Assembly: GCA_049976845.1 (NCBI GenBank)
Contig: JBMFHL010000001.1
Coordinates: 3,773 to 67,772, forward strand
Direction: 5' to 3'
Length of the DNA stretch: 64,000 nucleotides
Origin: Candidatus Micrarchaeia archaeon
GTDB taxonomy: Archaea > Micrarchaeota > Micrarchaeia > Micrarchaeales > CABMGC01
The notes beneath the pieces were generated by a model. That model did not search any database. It was not told the origin of the DNA and saw nothing but the letters and a program-made list of their open reading frames with translations. Positions 29,131-38,311 of the stretch are shown here, one piece after another; position 1 is the first letter of the stretch, and each line of letters opens with the position of its first letter. The translations under genes were made by a program, and so were the position numbers.

Positions 29131-29409
29131 TTATCTTGTTAGGTCGTTTAATTCTTCTTTGGTTGCCACATCTTGCTGCGAAGGCATTGTAGATACTAAG
29201 ACTACGTCGCCCACATTCTTTACATTTTTGTAAAGAACGCTCTTCGTCCTAAGCGTTGTCTTCATGTCTCCCCTTATATTTTTCCAAGGAACCATGAGGA
29301 GTCTGCTTATTTCGCTCTTCTCTAGATCTACAATAATCCCCTGCACGTCGCCGAGGTATTGGCCTGCGTCGCTATATATATCCATGTGGTATATCTCAGA
29401 CAACTTCAT
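29131..29409 (-). CDS. PRC-barrel domain protein
   Basis: A 92-aa protein. The sequence IYSDAGQYLGDVQGIIVDLEKSEISRLLM fits the PRC-barrel pattern. Confidence 0.55.
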   Translation of the reverse strand: MKLSEIYHMDIYSDAGQYLGDVQGIIVDLEKSEISRLLMVPWKNIRGDMKTTLRTKSVLYKNVKNVGDVVLVSTMPSQQDVATKEELNDLTR

Positions 29410-29476
29410 TTCAACACCGTATACTTGTTAATATTATACCCTTATAAATCTTTAACCTCTCTGTTAATAGTGGAAT

Positions 29477-30643
29477 TCAGGGTTGCATCCAGTCTATCTC
29501 ATAGTATTCGTGTCCGCTTCCTGGTAATTCTATCTGCCTGACTTTATAGTATGTTATTGCGGTTTCTCTGTCTGCTATTGCTATTATGAGCTCGAGTTTT
29601 TTATCCTTCGCTTCTTTTATGGCACCTGCAAGCTCCTTGCCACCTATGTACTCCTCCTCGCTTAAGGATAGCATCCCATATTTTGGTACATTGTTTTCTG
29701 GACTCTCTGCTTCGCCGCCCTTTCTATGATATAACACATAATCTAATTTCATCTTCTTTTCTTTTACCTTTCCAGGTATTGCAAGTATGAATGTCTTCCT
29801 AACTGAATGCGCTACCCTTATCGCCCTCGCCCATTCTGATATCAGTAATTTTGAGCTCTTGGGGAAGACCTGCAGCACATGCTTCGAGTGAATCCAATTA
29901 CTGTCTTTCACTGGCCTTGCACCTGGGAAGTATATCCTGAAATGGGTGCCGAACTTAAATCCTGTCTTAACAACATAGCCATTATCGCGCCAATCCCTGT
30001 ATACTTCATACATCATCGAGAAGTCGCTTCTTCTCTGCTTTGCAAGCTTAATGACCTCCGCCAATTTGACGCCTTGAAGGGCCAATTTCTTGCGCTCCAT
30101 CAGGAATACTGTTTCGTAGATGTCAAGCTTGTTTAGCTTGCCACGCTCTGGAGCCTTGTAAGAACCGTATTGGCCAAACCAAAGCTTCTCATATATTTCT
30201 TTTCCTTTGTCTGAATCTTCTATTACAGTTATAAGATCTTCTTCAAAAAACACCCCGCCAACTTTCCATTTTGGCAGCTCTATTGAAGATGATGGATACG
30301 CCTTTACTGGAGTTTTGTCTGGCGATTTATATGCTATGTCAAATGACCTTGCTATAAGGCCCCTATCCCTCCAATCTTTGTAGGTGAAGTAGCTTGCCAT
30401 CAGCTTCTTCTTTTTCTTGAAAAGCATAGCTATGCTGTTGAATGTTATTTTTTTGTCTTTGTATGTGCATTCTGCATTTCTCAAATCTACAAGATACATT
30501 GCCTCTTCTGGCATAAGCTTTAGCTCTGAATCTACTTCCATTCCGAAAAAGCTTCTCTTCAATATATCTTTTGTAGATTGGTCAGCGGCTATTATATTGC
30601 CTTTTTTCAGGATTTTTATTTCTAGCATAGAAATCAAGCACAT
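29477..30643 (-). CDS. endA: tRNA-splicing endonuclease, enlarged multi-unit form (N-terminal partial unit + full catalytic unit + C-terminal unit)
   Basis: The catalytic unit reads YEVYRDWRDNGYVVKTGFKFGTHFRIY...HSKHVLQV. An upstream EndA N-domain-like repeat is present (EEAMYLVD...FTYKDWRDRGLIARS). An extra C-terminal unit ends in LELIIAIADRETAITYYKV. Confidence 0.8.
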   Translation of the reverse strand: MCLISMLEIKILKKGNIIAADQSTKDILKRSFFGMEVDSELKLMPEEAMYLVDLRNAECTYKDKKITFNSIAMLFKKKKKLMASYFTYKDWRDRGLIARSFDIAYKSPDKTPVKAYPSSSIELPKWKVGGVFFEEDLITVIEDSDKGKEIYEKLWFGQYGSYKAPERGKLNKLDIYETVFLMERKKLALQGVKLAEVIKLAKQRRSDFSMMYEVYRDWRDNGYVVKTGFKFGTHFRIYFPGARPVKDSNWIHSKHVLQVFPKSSKLLISEWARAIRVAHSVRKTFILAIPGKVKEKKMKLDYVLYHRKGGEAESPENNVPKYGMLSLSEEEYIGGKELAGAIKEAKDKKLELIIAIADRETAITYYKVRQIELPGSGHEYYEIDWMQP

Positions 30644-30704
30644 TTTATGTATTTATCGCATCCAATTAAAATATTAATCCTTCTTTATTTTATTAGGGAT
30701 TTAC

Positions 30705-31727
30705 ATGAATAAGCCAAGAAGAGAAAAGGAGCAACTTGCTAAGATGAAGCCAGATATACCTGAAAAACTCTTTGGCATGATGAAAAAGCAAGGGTACCAT
30801 TTTGTTGGAAATCACTCTGCGGTAAAACTATGTAGTTATACTTCTAGCAGTATGAAGAAAAATGGCACTACATGCTATAAAAACAAATTCTACGGCATAA
30901 GGAGCTGGAGGTGTCTGCAAAGCGCACCGACACTTGGTTGCAACCTCGCATGCAGATTCTGCTGGAGGATAATACCAGAAGAAGTTGGGATAAAATGGAA
31001 CGAACTCAATGTAACTAATTGGAATGATCCGAAGGTAATTGCTGACGGCCTTATCGAGGAACAGAAAAGGCTGGTAAGCGGATACAAAGGTAATGAGAAT
31101 GTAGATATTGGAAGATGGAACGAGGCCCTTGATCCTGCACATGTTACGTTCAGCTTGACAGGAGAACCGCTATTCTACCCTATGATGAATGAACTTATGA
31201 AAGAATTTCACAGTAGGAAGATGAGCACTTTTCTAGTCACAAATGGTACTCTGCCTGCTGCATTGAAGAAGCTTAAGGTCTTGCCCACGCAATTATATGT
31301 TTCTATACAGGCGCCTACAAAAGATATTTACAATGCAGTCGTAAGGCCAAAAACACCAAATGCGTGGGAAAGTTTCCAGGAGTTTCTGGATATTTTTTCA
31401 AAGCTTCCTACAAGGCGGGTCTTTAGGCTTACGCTTATAAAAGGAGTTAGTATGGTAGACGCCAAAGGATATGCAGAATTAATAAAGAAAGGAAATCCAG
31501 AATATGTGGAAGTGAAAGGGTTCGTATACGTTGGTGGTTCAAGAAATGAAGCAAGGGGATTAAAGTATACGCAGATGCCTGGAAAAGAGGACATTATTAA
31601 TTTTGCGAACGAGATCTGCAAGGAATCTGGATACATTTTTGCTGATTACCACGAACCTAGCAAGGTTGCACTCTTGTGCAGAGATGAGAAGGCAGTTGCT
31701 GACAGATTTATAAAATTTGAGAAATGA
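30705..31727 (+). CDS. taw1: tRNA 4-demethylwyosine synthase (Taw1/TYW1, radical SAM)
   Basis: The sequences HSAVKLCSYT...CYKNKFYGIRSWRCLQ, the radical-SAM cluster CNLACRFCWR, and YVEVKGFVYVG are present. Confidence 0.85.
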   Translation: MNKPRREKEQLAKMKPDIPEKLFGMMKKQGYHFVGNHSAVKLCSYTSSSMKKNGTTCYKNKFYGIRSWRCLQSAPTLGCNLACRFCWRIIPEEVGIKWNELNVTNWNDPKVIADGLIEEQKRLVSGYKGNENVDIGRWNEALDPAHVTFSLTGEPLFYPMMNELMKEFHSRKMSTFLVTNGTLPAALKKLKVLPTQLYVSIQAPTKDIYNAVVRPKTPNAWESFQEFLDIFSKLPTRRVFRLTLIKGVSMVDAKGYAELIKKGNPEYVEVKGFVYVGGSRNEARGLKYTQMPGKEDIINFANEICKESGYIFADYHEPSKVALLCRDEKAVADRFIKFEK

Positions 31728-31731
31728 TCAA

Positions 31732-32775
31732 ATGAGTAAATTAAAAAGCAAAAATAGCGCCCTTAACCTTAATAGGATGGACAGGATAAAGGGCAGAATA
31801 GATTACAAGAAGAGGATAAAGAAAATCGAGTATGTTCTTATAACTATTTTGTTTGCTAGCTTAGTGGTTTTTGCGGCAATTTCACTAGGTGCCATATTGA
31901 ATGAAGGCCTTGGGAAGTTTGTAAACGAATTAGAGTCTATCAACTTTTTTTATTATTCGCTGGCACTTGTGACTATTTTTATTGGGTACCTGCTGCGTTT
32001 CCCCAAATGGGAATTGTATATGAAGAGACTTGGCGTACATTTGCCTAGAGCCAAAAATCTATGGATATATTTTTCAATGTATTCCATGGACATAACTCCT
32101 GGAAGATGGGGAAGGGCAGTAGTTTCTTATACTATAAACAAACTAACAAAGATTAAGTTTAGCAGGACGTTCCCTGCTGTGGTAACAGATATCTTTACCG
32201 ATTTCCTTGGTTTTGCAATAATATGCCTATTCTTTGCATTTTTCGTCCATAAATACATTGCAGTTTCTATAATAATAACAGCACTATTGCTGCTTCCTTT
32301 TATATTTCTGTACAATAAGGCACCATTTGCTTTTCTAAAATCTAAGCTTATCAGATTTAAACGCCTTAAGAGCTTTTTTAATGTGGGCGAGCTCTATTTC
32401 AAAAGCAATAAGCTCCTAGGAAAAGATGTCTATGGCTACTCGCTTCTATTCACTGTGCCCTCGATGTTCTTGAATGGCCTCAGCTTATATTTTGTGATTC
32501 TGAGCTTTGGGTTCCATCTGGGTATCACATATATACCTACAGTTATATTCATTTTCTCGTCGTCGCTTATTTTTGGTATGATTACCGGAATTCCTGGGAC
32601 TCTTGGAGTCACTGATGTTGCCATGTTGGGGGCTCTAGTAACTTTCTTTGGTGGCATAGGGATGAACTTTGGACTTGCTTCTGTCATTACCATCTTTTTT
32701 AGGATTGTTAGTGTATGGTTTGTCGAATTATTTGGGTTCACGGCATTAATGCATACCTTTAGATACTGGAAATAG
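31732..32775 (+). CDS. UPF0104 / lysylphosphatidylglycerol-synthase-TM-like membrane protein
   Basis: A polytopic protein containing ITGIPGTLGVTDVAM, which resembles the PGGLGV.E motif. I chose ATG 31732, which follows the taw1 stop. The ORF track opens at TTG 31717. Confidence 0.55.
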   Translation: MSKLKSKNSALNLNRMDRIKGRIDYKKRIKKIEYVLITILFASLVVFAAISLGAILNEGLGKFVNELESINFFYYSLALVTIFIGYLLRFPKWELYMKRLGVHLPRAKNLWIYFSMYSMDITPGRWGRAVVSYTINKLTKIKFSRTFPAVVTDIFTDFLGFAIICLFFAFFVHKYIAVSIIITALLLLPFIFLYNKAPFAFLKSKLIRFKRLKSFFNVGELYFKSNKLLGKDVYGYSLLFTVPSMFLNGLSLYFVILSFGFHLGITYIPTVIFIFSSSLIFGMITGIPGTLGVTDVAMLGALVTFFGGIGMNFGLASVITIFFRIVSVWFVELFGFTALMHTFRYWK

Positions 32776-33526
32776 AATATTTCTTCAAAGATTCTTCTTC
32801 TGCAAAGTTAGGATTTGAGGGTATGATTAAAGATATTACTTTGCCTGCAAACCTGCCGCTTTCCTTGGCGAGTATATCCTTATCGGCAAATGCAATCTCC
32901 TGGTTTTCTTTTCCTACATCTGCTAATACAATTATCTTGTTGATTATTCTTACGCCTCTTTCCAATTCTGCTTTTTGGAGAAGCCCTAGTGCTTCCTCAA
33001 AACTCATTGCCCTTTCCTCTTTATAATTATAATCAAGCAGCACGAGCGTATGCTCATTATTTTTCAGATTTTTCTCAATTACATCTATAAAAGAGATTGG
33101 TTTATATTTTTCGCTCCAGGACGGGATTGTTGTTGTAGGACCAAATCTGTATATATCTAATCCGCTTTCGCCTATTGCTGCTGTGAAGATGGATGCTGCG
33201 TGCAATACCTTTACATTTATGCCATTCCCCTTGGCCAAATCCAATATTGTGTGGTGTGTCGTTGCAATTAAGGGGTCCCCAGGGACAAGCAGTGCCACAT
33301 CTTCTTCCTTCGCGCTCTTTATTGTTTCACTTGCATTTTCTTCTAAATCGGATCTGCTAAGCTTAAATATTTTTTTATCTGCTTTGAATTCCAAATACGC
33401 TATATAATCGGCATTTATTCTATTTGTATATGGATCCAACATCAGCTTTTCAGCTTTTTTAATAATTTCCATCGCCTTTTCTGAAATATCCCCTTTTTCA
33501 AGGCCGATGCCTATTAGAAACAGCAA
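32759..33526 (-). CDS. dphB: Diphthine synthase
   Basis: The sequence is LFLIGIGL...DPYTN...VALLVPGDPLIATTH...GESGL.IYRFG. The TTG start has AAGGTGGA upstream. Confidence 0.9.
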   Translation of the reverse strand: MLFLIGIGLEKGDISEKAMEIIKKAEKLMLDPYTNRINADYIAYLEFKADKKIFKLSRSDLEENASETIKSAKEEDVALLVPGDPLIATTHHTILDLAKGNGINVKVLHAASIFTAAIGESGLDIYRFGPTTTIPSWSEKYKPISFIDVIEKNLKNNEHTLVLLDYNYKEERAMSFEEALGLLQKAELERGVRIINKIIVLADVGKENQEIAFADKDILAKESGRFAGKVISLIIPSNPNFAEEESLKKYSISSI

Positions 33527-33535
33527 ACTTCCACC

Positions 33536-34492
33536 TTAGTCCCTTATCCCATCTGGTGTTATTTTTATAATGCATTCTCCTTCTGGCATGTTTGGAGAGT
33601 CAACAAGCCTTATTATCCTCTTATCCTCCTTTCCTTTTCTTATGTATAGCCTTGTGGTAGCTGCATGGGCTATTACATTGCCACCGACGGGGGTTGTAGG
33701 GTCTCCAAAAAGTATTGCAGGGTTATCCATTACTTGATTAGTTATGTAAACAGCAAGGCTATGCTTATCTGCAATGCTCTGCAATTTGTGCAGATGTACA
33801 TTTAACTTCTGCTGGCGCTCGCCTAGTGCTCCTCTCCCGATGAATTCTGAACGGAATAAAGCCATGAGCGAATCCACTATTATGAGCTTTATATTTTTTT
33901 CAGTTATGAGCTTGTCTGCACGCTCTATTGTGAGTATCTGCTGCTCTGTTGTAGAAATGCGCACTGTAAAGATATTTTCTAATACTTTGCTAGGATCTAG
34001 ACCAAGGGCCTTTGCTATGCTCTCTATTCTTTCTGGCCTAAAAGTGCCTTCGGTATCTAAGAATAATACCCCTCCCTCAAGCCCCCCCTTACTGAGTGGA
34101 AGCTGGACATTAACTGCCAACTGGAAGCCTATCTGACTCTTCCCAGCAGCATATCTACCATAAATTTCTGTGATGCCATTGGTTTCTATACCTCCACCGA
34201 GAAGTTCGTCAAATCCTTTCACACCTGTAGTTATCCTGCCCAATGCCTTTCTTTTCTCGTATACTGTAGTGGCTGTTTCGTATTCTACAGTTGTAGCCTG
34301 CTTCGCAGCATCAACAGCCTTCTTTGCTGCATCTACGCTTATACCTACAAGCTCGGAAAGATCGTGTGGGGCAGAAGTAGCAACCTTCTCTATCGTATCT
34401 ATGCCTGCTTCCCTGAGTTTTTCTGCAGTTGTAGGCCCTATTCCTGGAAGGTCTTCTAGATCTTTGATACTCTTTTCTTTGTCTTTAGCCAT
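33536..34492 (-). CDS. radA: DNA repair and recombination protein RadA
   Basis: An N-terminal HhH (LEDLPGIGPTTAEKLREAGI), Walker A (GRYAAGKSQ), Walker B (LIIVDSLMALFR) and the C-terminal core are present. I chose ATG 34492, which has GGGGGT upstream. Confidence 0.95.
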   Translation of the reverse strand: MAKDKEKSIKDLEDLPGIGPTTAEKLREAGIDTIEKVATSAPHDLSELVGISVDAAKKAVDAAKQATTVEYETATTVYEKRKALGRITTGVKGFDELLGGGIETNGITEIYGRYAAGKSQIGFQLAVNVQLPLSKGGLEGGVLFLDTEGTFRPERIESIAKALGLDPSKVLENIFTVRISTTEQQILTIERADKLITEKNIKLIIVDSLMALFRSEFIGRGALGERQQKLNVHLHKLQSIADKHSLAVYITNQVMDNPAILFGDPTTPVGGNVIAHAATTRLYIRKGKEDKRIIRLVDSPNMPEGECIIKITPDGIRD

Positions 34493-34544
34493 ATACCCCC
34501 AACTCAATTAATTATGGGAAAACAAGAAATATAACTCTTTTGAA

Positions 34545-35438
34545 TCAAATCAGAAATGCCTTGGCTTCATTAACAACCTTTTTTGCAGGAAAATTCTTTT
34601 TGGAATAGAGGGAATGCCCTGCACCTTTTATAACTATGACTTTCTTCGTGAATTTGTTTTCCTTAAGTCTAGCCGCAGCCAAGCCGATGCTTATTACTCC
34701 TTTCATATACTCATCGTTGGATCCGAATATTGCTATTATTGGAATTTTTATTGATTTGAATTCTGCAAGATCCCGCTTATAATCCAGCAACTTGCCCTCT
34801 ATACTCTTTTCTTCGGCTGTGCTCAAAAATCTCAGAGCTGATATTGGCCATTGGTCTTTTGGAAGCAACTTTTTGGGCATTATTGCATATAAATCTTTAC
34901 TTACTAGCCTGTTAGCTATCAATATATTTTTATGAAAATTCTTGTGGGATTTCTGATGATTTTTGATATCATAGTTCCTATCATCTACAGGGCTAAGCAA
35001 GACCAATCCTTTTACCATCTTTGCTATTGGCTTTTTGCTGTTTTTGTAAAGGAAATAAATTGATTTTTGACAACCGGTACTCTTTCCTATCAGTATGACT
35101 TTCCTAAATCCTAGCTTTTTGAGAAGGGAAAGAGCGCCATAGATGTCATATTGGGAATCTTCAAACTGCTCGAATGCGGCTCCGGATAGTATCGAAGCTT
35201 TTTTTCCTTCATATCCGAGCTCGTCTGCAATATGACTACCGCGCTGCTGCATGGCAAAAAAGGCCATACCCTTTGCACAGGCTTCTTTACCCACTGCAAG
35301 GATTGATTTTGAGTAGAAATTGCCTCCCAATCCATGAAGATAGAGCATTGCAGAGCTCGCTGGTTTTTTAGGGGTAAAAAGTATGCCTGCAAGGGCAATG
35401 CCATCTCGTGCCTTAAAAAACACAATTTTTGTATCCAT
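34545..35438 (-). CDS. Alpha/beta hydrolase
   Basis: An HG oxyanion motif (LYLHGLGGNFY), a nucleophile elbow (LIGKSTGC) and a C-terminal GAGHS motif are present. Confidence 0.7.
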   Translation of the reverse strand: MDTKIVFFKARDGIALAGILFTPKKPASSAMLYLHGLGGNFYSKSILAVGKEACAKGMAFFAMQQRGSHIADELGYEGKKASILSGAAFEQFEDSQYDIYGALSLLKKLGFRKVILIGKSTGCQKSIYFLYKNSKKPIAKMVKGLVLLSPVDDRNYDIKNHQKSHKNFHKNILIANRLVSKDLYAIMPKKLLPKDQWPISALRFLSTAEEKSIEGKLLDYKRDLAEFKSIKIPIIAIFGSNDEYMKGVISIGLAAARLKENKFTKKVIVIKGAGHSLYSKKNFPAKKVVNEAKAFLI

Positions 35439-35509
35439 TGAACCACTAATGAATTAGAATGCAGGTTTTTATTTCTTCTTATTATAAAATAAACAGGGAG
35501 AGTTTATTA

Positions 35510-35580
35510 AAAAGGAAGAGGCCAGCACATTCGCATGCGCTGGCAAGGCGACCAGTTTTTCCCTTCCTACAGTAGAGAAC
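35510..35580. ncRNA. Candidate small structured RNA (family and strand undetermined)
   Basis: A GC-rich island sits in an otherwise AT-rich divergent intergenic region. The outer complementarity AGGAAG/CTTCCT encloses the hairpin GCCAGC-N12-GCTGGC, or the alternative CTGG-N8-CCAG. T5 runs are available on both strands, and TATA-like tracts lie on each side. Confidence 0.25.
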
Positions 35581-35670
35581 CCGTAGTATTATATAATAAC
35601 TTATATTTTTAAACCTTCCTTTTTAGTGGAATTTTCCAAAAATATGAAATTTAGAAGAGAGAAAGATTGA

Positions 35671-36333
35671 ATGAAAAGCTTCCTTACGCTTGACAAAAAA
35701 GGTATCACAGTGGCATTGGTATTTGCAGTATTTATTGTGCTGCTTGGCAGAGCTGAAGGGCCTTATCTGCTTGCTGTACTTATCTTTTTCTTGATTCTTT
35801 CTGCACTAGTAACAAATATTGGCAAAAGAAGGAAGAAGGCTGTTGGAGTGTATGAAAGAAGCCGAGGATGGAAGAATGTGCTTGCTAATGGCGCAATGCC
35901 TGTTTTGATTACGGCTTTTTATTTTTTGAACAGCTATTGGCATATATTTCCACAGGCAATGCTAATTGTAGGCTATTTGGCAAGTGTTAGCGCCGTAACT
36001 GCTGACAAGTTCGCAAGCGAGATAGGGGTATTGGATGGCAAGCCATTGATATTGGTCACCTTGAAACGGGCAAAGCAAGGCACTTCAGGAGGCGTTTCTA
36101 CCCTTGGACTTGGAGCAGGTTTGCTGGCATCACTCTTAATAGCCTTGACCATTGTTTTCTACACTTTTTCATTTGAGTGGCTTGTAATAGTTATTCTTGC
36201 AGGTTTTATAGGGAACATTGCTGATTCTATATTTGGATATTTTGAGGAGCAGGGTTTTGGCAGTAAGTTTACCACCAATTTCATCTGCTCCTTTGTTGGA
36301 TTTTTAGTAGGAATCGCTTTATTTGCAATATAG
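35671..36333 (+). CDS. DUF92/TMEM19-family integral membrane protein (polyprenol/phytol-kinase-like)
   Basis: The sequences RSRGWKNVLANG, VSAVTADKFASEIG, GTSGGVS..G and IGNIADSIFG match DUF92 signature blocks. Confidence 0.65.
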   Translation: MKSFLTLDKKGITVALVFAVFIVLLGRAEGPYLLAVLIFFLILSALVTNIGKRRKKAVGVYERSRGWKNVLANGAMPVLITAFYFLNSYWHIFPQAMLIVGYLASVSAVTADKFASEIGVLDGKPLILVTLKRAKQGTSGGVSTLGLGAGLLASLLIALTIVFYTFSFEWLVIVILAGFIGNIADSIFGYFEEQGFGSKFTTNFICSFVGFLVGIALFAI

Positions 36334-36458
36334 GGTTTTAATGGCGAGTAGTGTAGGTTAACTTGAATGCCTTAGCTTATAATATTCATGACTAGCAAGA
36401 TGCCCGTAATGTTTTGAAAGCTGTTCGCACACAGCCAGAAGGTTGAAGAAGGTGTACT

Positions 36459-37253
36459 TCAGAGCTTGAGGATTTTAGGCTTGATAAGCTCTATTATTAT
36501 TGCCTGAGGCACTTTTGAAAGCTTCTTATAGCGCTCTGGATTCACTTTTTTGAGAGATTTTAGTGGCTCTGGCTCGAGGACGCTTTTTATTACAAAACCT
36601 GCATTCAGCGAATCCATTATCAAATGAGAGAAGGTTTTCGGGTAGAACTTTACAACATGCCTCTTGAACCACTCGCCCCCTTTTATGCCTTGCTTGAAAT
36701 AATCACCTATTACCTCATATTTGCCGTTTCTGTTTATATACCCAAAAAGCTCGGAATGCGCGTTTGGTCCTTCGTTCTTTCTTACAAGTATATCGTATAT
36801 AGGGTGGGTATTTGAGAATATAAACCTTCCACCGGGCTTAAGCACCCTGTACGCCTCTTTCATCGCAGGCCCCATATCTTTAAGGTAGTGGAGCACAAGA
36901 TCAGCGTATACCAAATCGAATTTGCCACTTTCAAAATCGAGCTTTGCGGCGGACATTACGTAAAACTCTATGTTTTTGTGTAATTTTCTCGCAATGTCAA
37001 CCATGCTCCTTGAAATATCTGTGCCTATTACTTCTTTTGCCCCTTTCTTCTTCATGAAAGAGCATTCGTTTCCGGTCCCACATCCTATGCACAAGACCCT
37101 CTTATCCCTTACATTGCCTATTATTTTATGCATTGCTGGCTTGTCTTCATACAGATGAAAAAGGTCTCTTTTCGATGCTTCATAGTATTTTTCAACAAAT
37201 TCTCTGCTTTCATAAACTTCTTTTGAAAGCTGTTCTTTGTTTTTTGATGCCAT
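36459..37253 (-). CDS. Class I SAM-dependent methyltransferase
   Basis: Motif I (VLCIGCGTGNEC), the acidic motif II residue (GTDIS) and LKPGGRFIFS are present. I chose ATG 37253. The ORF track opens at TTG 37268. Confidence 0.8.
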   Translation of the reverse strand: MASKNKEQLSKEVYESREFVEKYYEASKRDLFHLYEDKPAMHKIIGNVRDKRVLCIGCGTGNECSFMKKKGAKEVIGTDISRSMVDIARKLHKNIEFYVMSAAKLDFESGKFDLVYADLVLHYLKDMGPAMKEAYRVLKPGGRFIFSNTHPIYDILVRKNEGPNAHSELFGYINRNGKYEVIGDYFKQGIKGGEWFKRHVVKFYPKTFSHLIMDSLNAGFVIKSVLEPEPLKSLKKVNPERYKKLSKVPQAIIIELIKPKILKL

Positions 37254-37432
37254 GCAAACACAGAACAAGATAGGAAAAGAGAGATTTTATTCCTTGCGCT
37301 ATGCTATTGTTAGAGGGGTTTTAGTGAAGAGGTTTATTTTTTATTATATTAGAGAGTATATGGCCAAAAGGTGATACCGAGCTATAGCTCAAGGAGCATG
37401 AGCTATGAAATAATTTTATCGTTTATATTGTA

Positions 37433-37518
37433 TGCGCTAGCCGGGATTTGAACCCGGATTGCGAGCTTATTCCTTGGCTTGGGAAGCTCGTATCTTAACC
37501 AGATTGGATCACCAGCGC
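37433..37518 (-). tRNA. tRNA-Gly (CCC) with a 12-nt intron at 37/38 (intron 37468..37479)
   Basis: The reverse complement folds as follows:
- Acceptor GCGCTGG/CTAGCGC, with C2:G71 and G3:C70.
- Anticodon stem CGAGC/GCTCG enclosing TTCCCA|AGCCAAGGAATA|A.
- T arm CCGGG-TTCAAAT-CCCGG.
- Discriminator A.

TTCC pairs with the intron GGAA, leaving a 3-nt TAA bulge. This forms a bulge-helix-loop splice motif. Confidence 0.75.
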
Positions 37519-37544
37519 ATGTGACAATTTTGCCGATACTATGT

Positions 37545-38309
37545 TTATCTTATGTATGTGAGGTTTTCCTTGCTGGGTTGGCCCGCGCCTTTAACTGCTT
37601 CTTCTATGTTTTTAAGGACCTTTTCCGTTTCTTTCTTTACCTTTTCCATATTTGCCAAGTCTATTTTTATTCCAAGGAGCTTTGAAATCACTTCCAATAC
37701 TGTCTTTGCGGAATTCGCATCAACATCGATAAGGCCAGTTTCTCCCATGATGCATGCTGCATCTAGTTTATATTTCTTTGCAAATTCTAATATAAGGCCT
37801 GCCGACCCCCATATTGCACCGGTAGCCTGGCCAAAGAGTATGTTGTATTTTTTGAGCTCTTCTATATATTTCAGGCTTGTTGCTACTCCAAACACCCTTG
37901 GATTTTGAACATATTGATCTGCTATGTTATATCCGCCTATTGTTATTACCTTTTTACCTCCTAGGAAGGTAAAGAATTTTATTATCTTTTCATTGACTTC
38001 GTATTGACCTTCTGTAGTTACAGCCTGAGCATCACCAAGCAAAAGTACTATATCGCTTGAATTTTTGGATTTTGATGGATTCTTCCAATAGTAAAATCTA
38101 TTATTTACCAAACGGGATTTGCCATTGCTAAGCATCAATACTTGATGTGGAAAGTGTGGGGATAGTAATGTTGCGAATTTTTGGGCCTTAAGCTCGTTTT
38201 TGAGATGCTCCCCCACTAGGCTGCCCACACTACCTATGCCAGGTAAGCCTACAATTAGTATTGGATTCCTGAGCTTTATTTTTTTGTAGTATATTTTTGT
38301 TTTCTCCAT
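37545..38309 (-). CDS. PAC2-family proteasome assembly chaperone-like protein (COG1938)
   Basis: The sequence is PILIVGLPGIGSVGSLVGEHL...RFYYWKN...DIVLLLGDAQ. It occupies the conserved position downstream of aIF2-alpha. Confidence 0.7.
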   Translation of the reverse strand: MEKTKIYYKKIKLRNPILIVGLPGIGSVGSLVGEHLKNELKAQKFATLLSPHFPHQVLMLSNGKSRLVNNRFYYWKNPSKSKNSSDIVLLLGDAQAVTTEGQYEVNEKIIKFFTFLGGKKVITIGGYNIADQYVQNPRVFGVATSLKYIEELKKYNILFGQATGAIWGSAGLILEFAKKYKLDAACIMGETGLIDVDANSAKTVLEVISKLLGIKIDLANMEKVKKETEKVLKNIEEAVKGAGQPSKENLTYIR

Positions 38310-38311
38310 GC

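Noticed and set aside
35510-35580. An H/ACA guide RNA assignment for the GC-rich intergenic element (closing stem followed by ACA).
   Set aside because: The would-be pseudouridylation pocket is grossly asymmetric (2 nt versus about 18 nt). I cannot find a K-turn or K-loop (tandem sheared G.A) in the apical region. The element is kept only as an unclassified candidate RNA.
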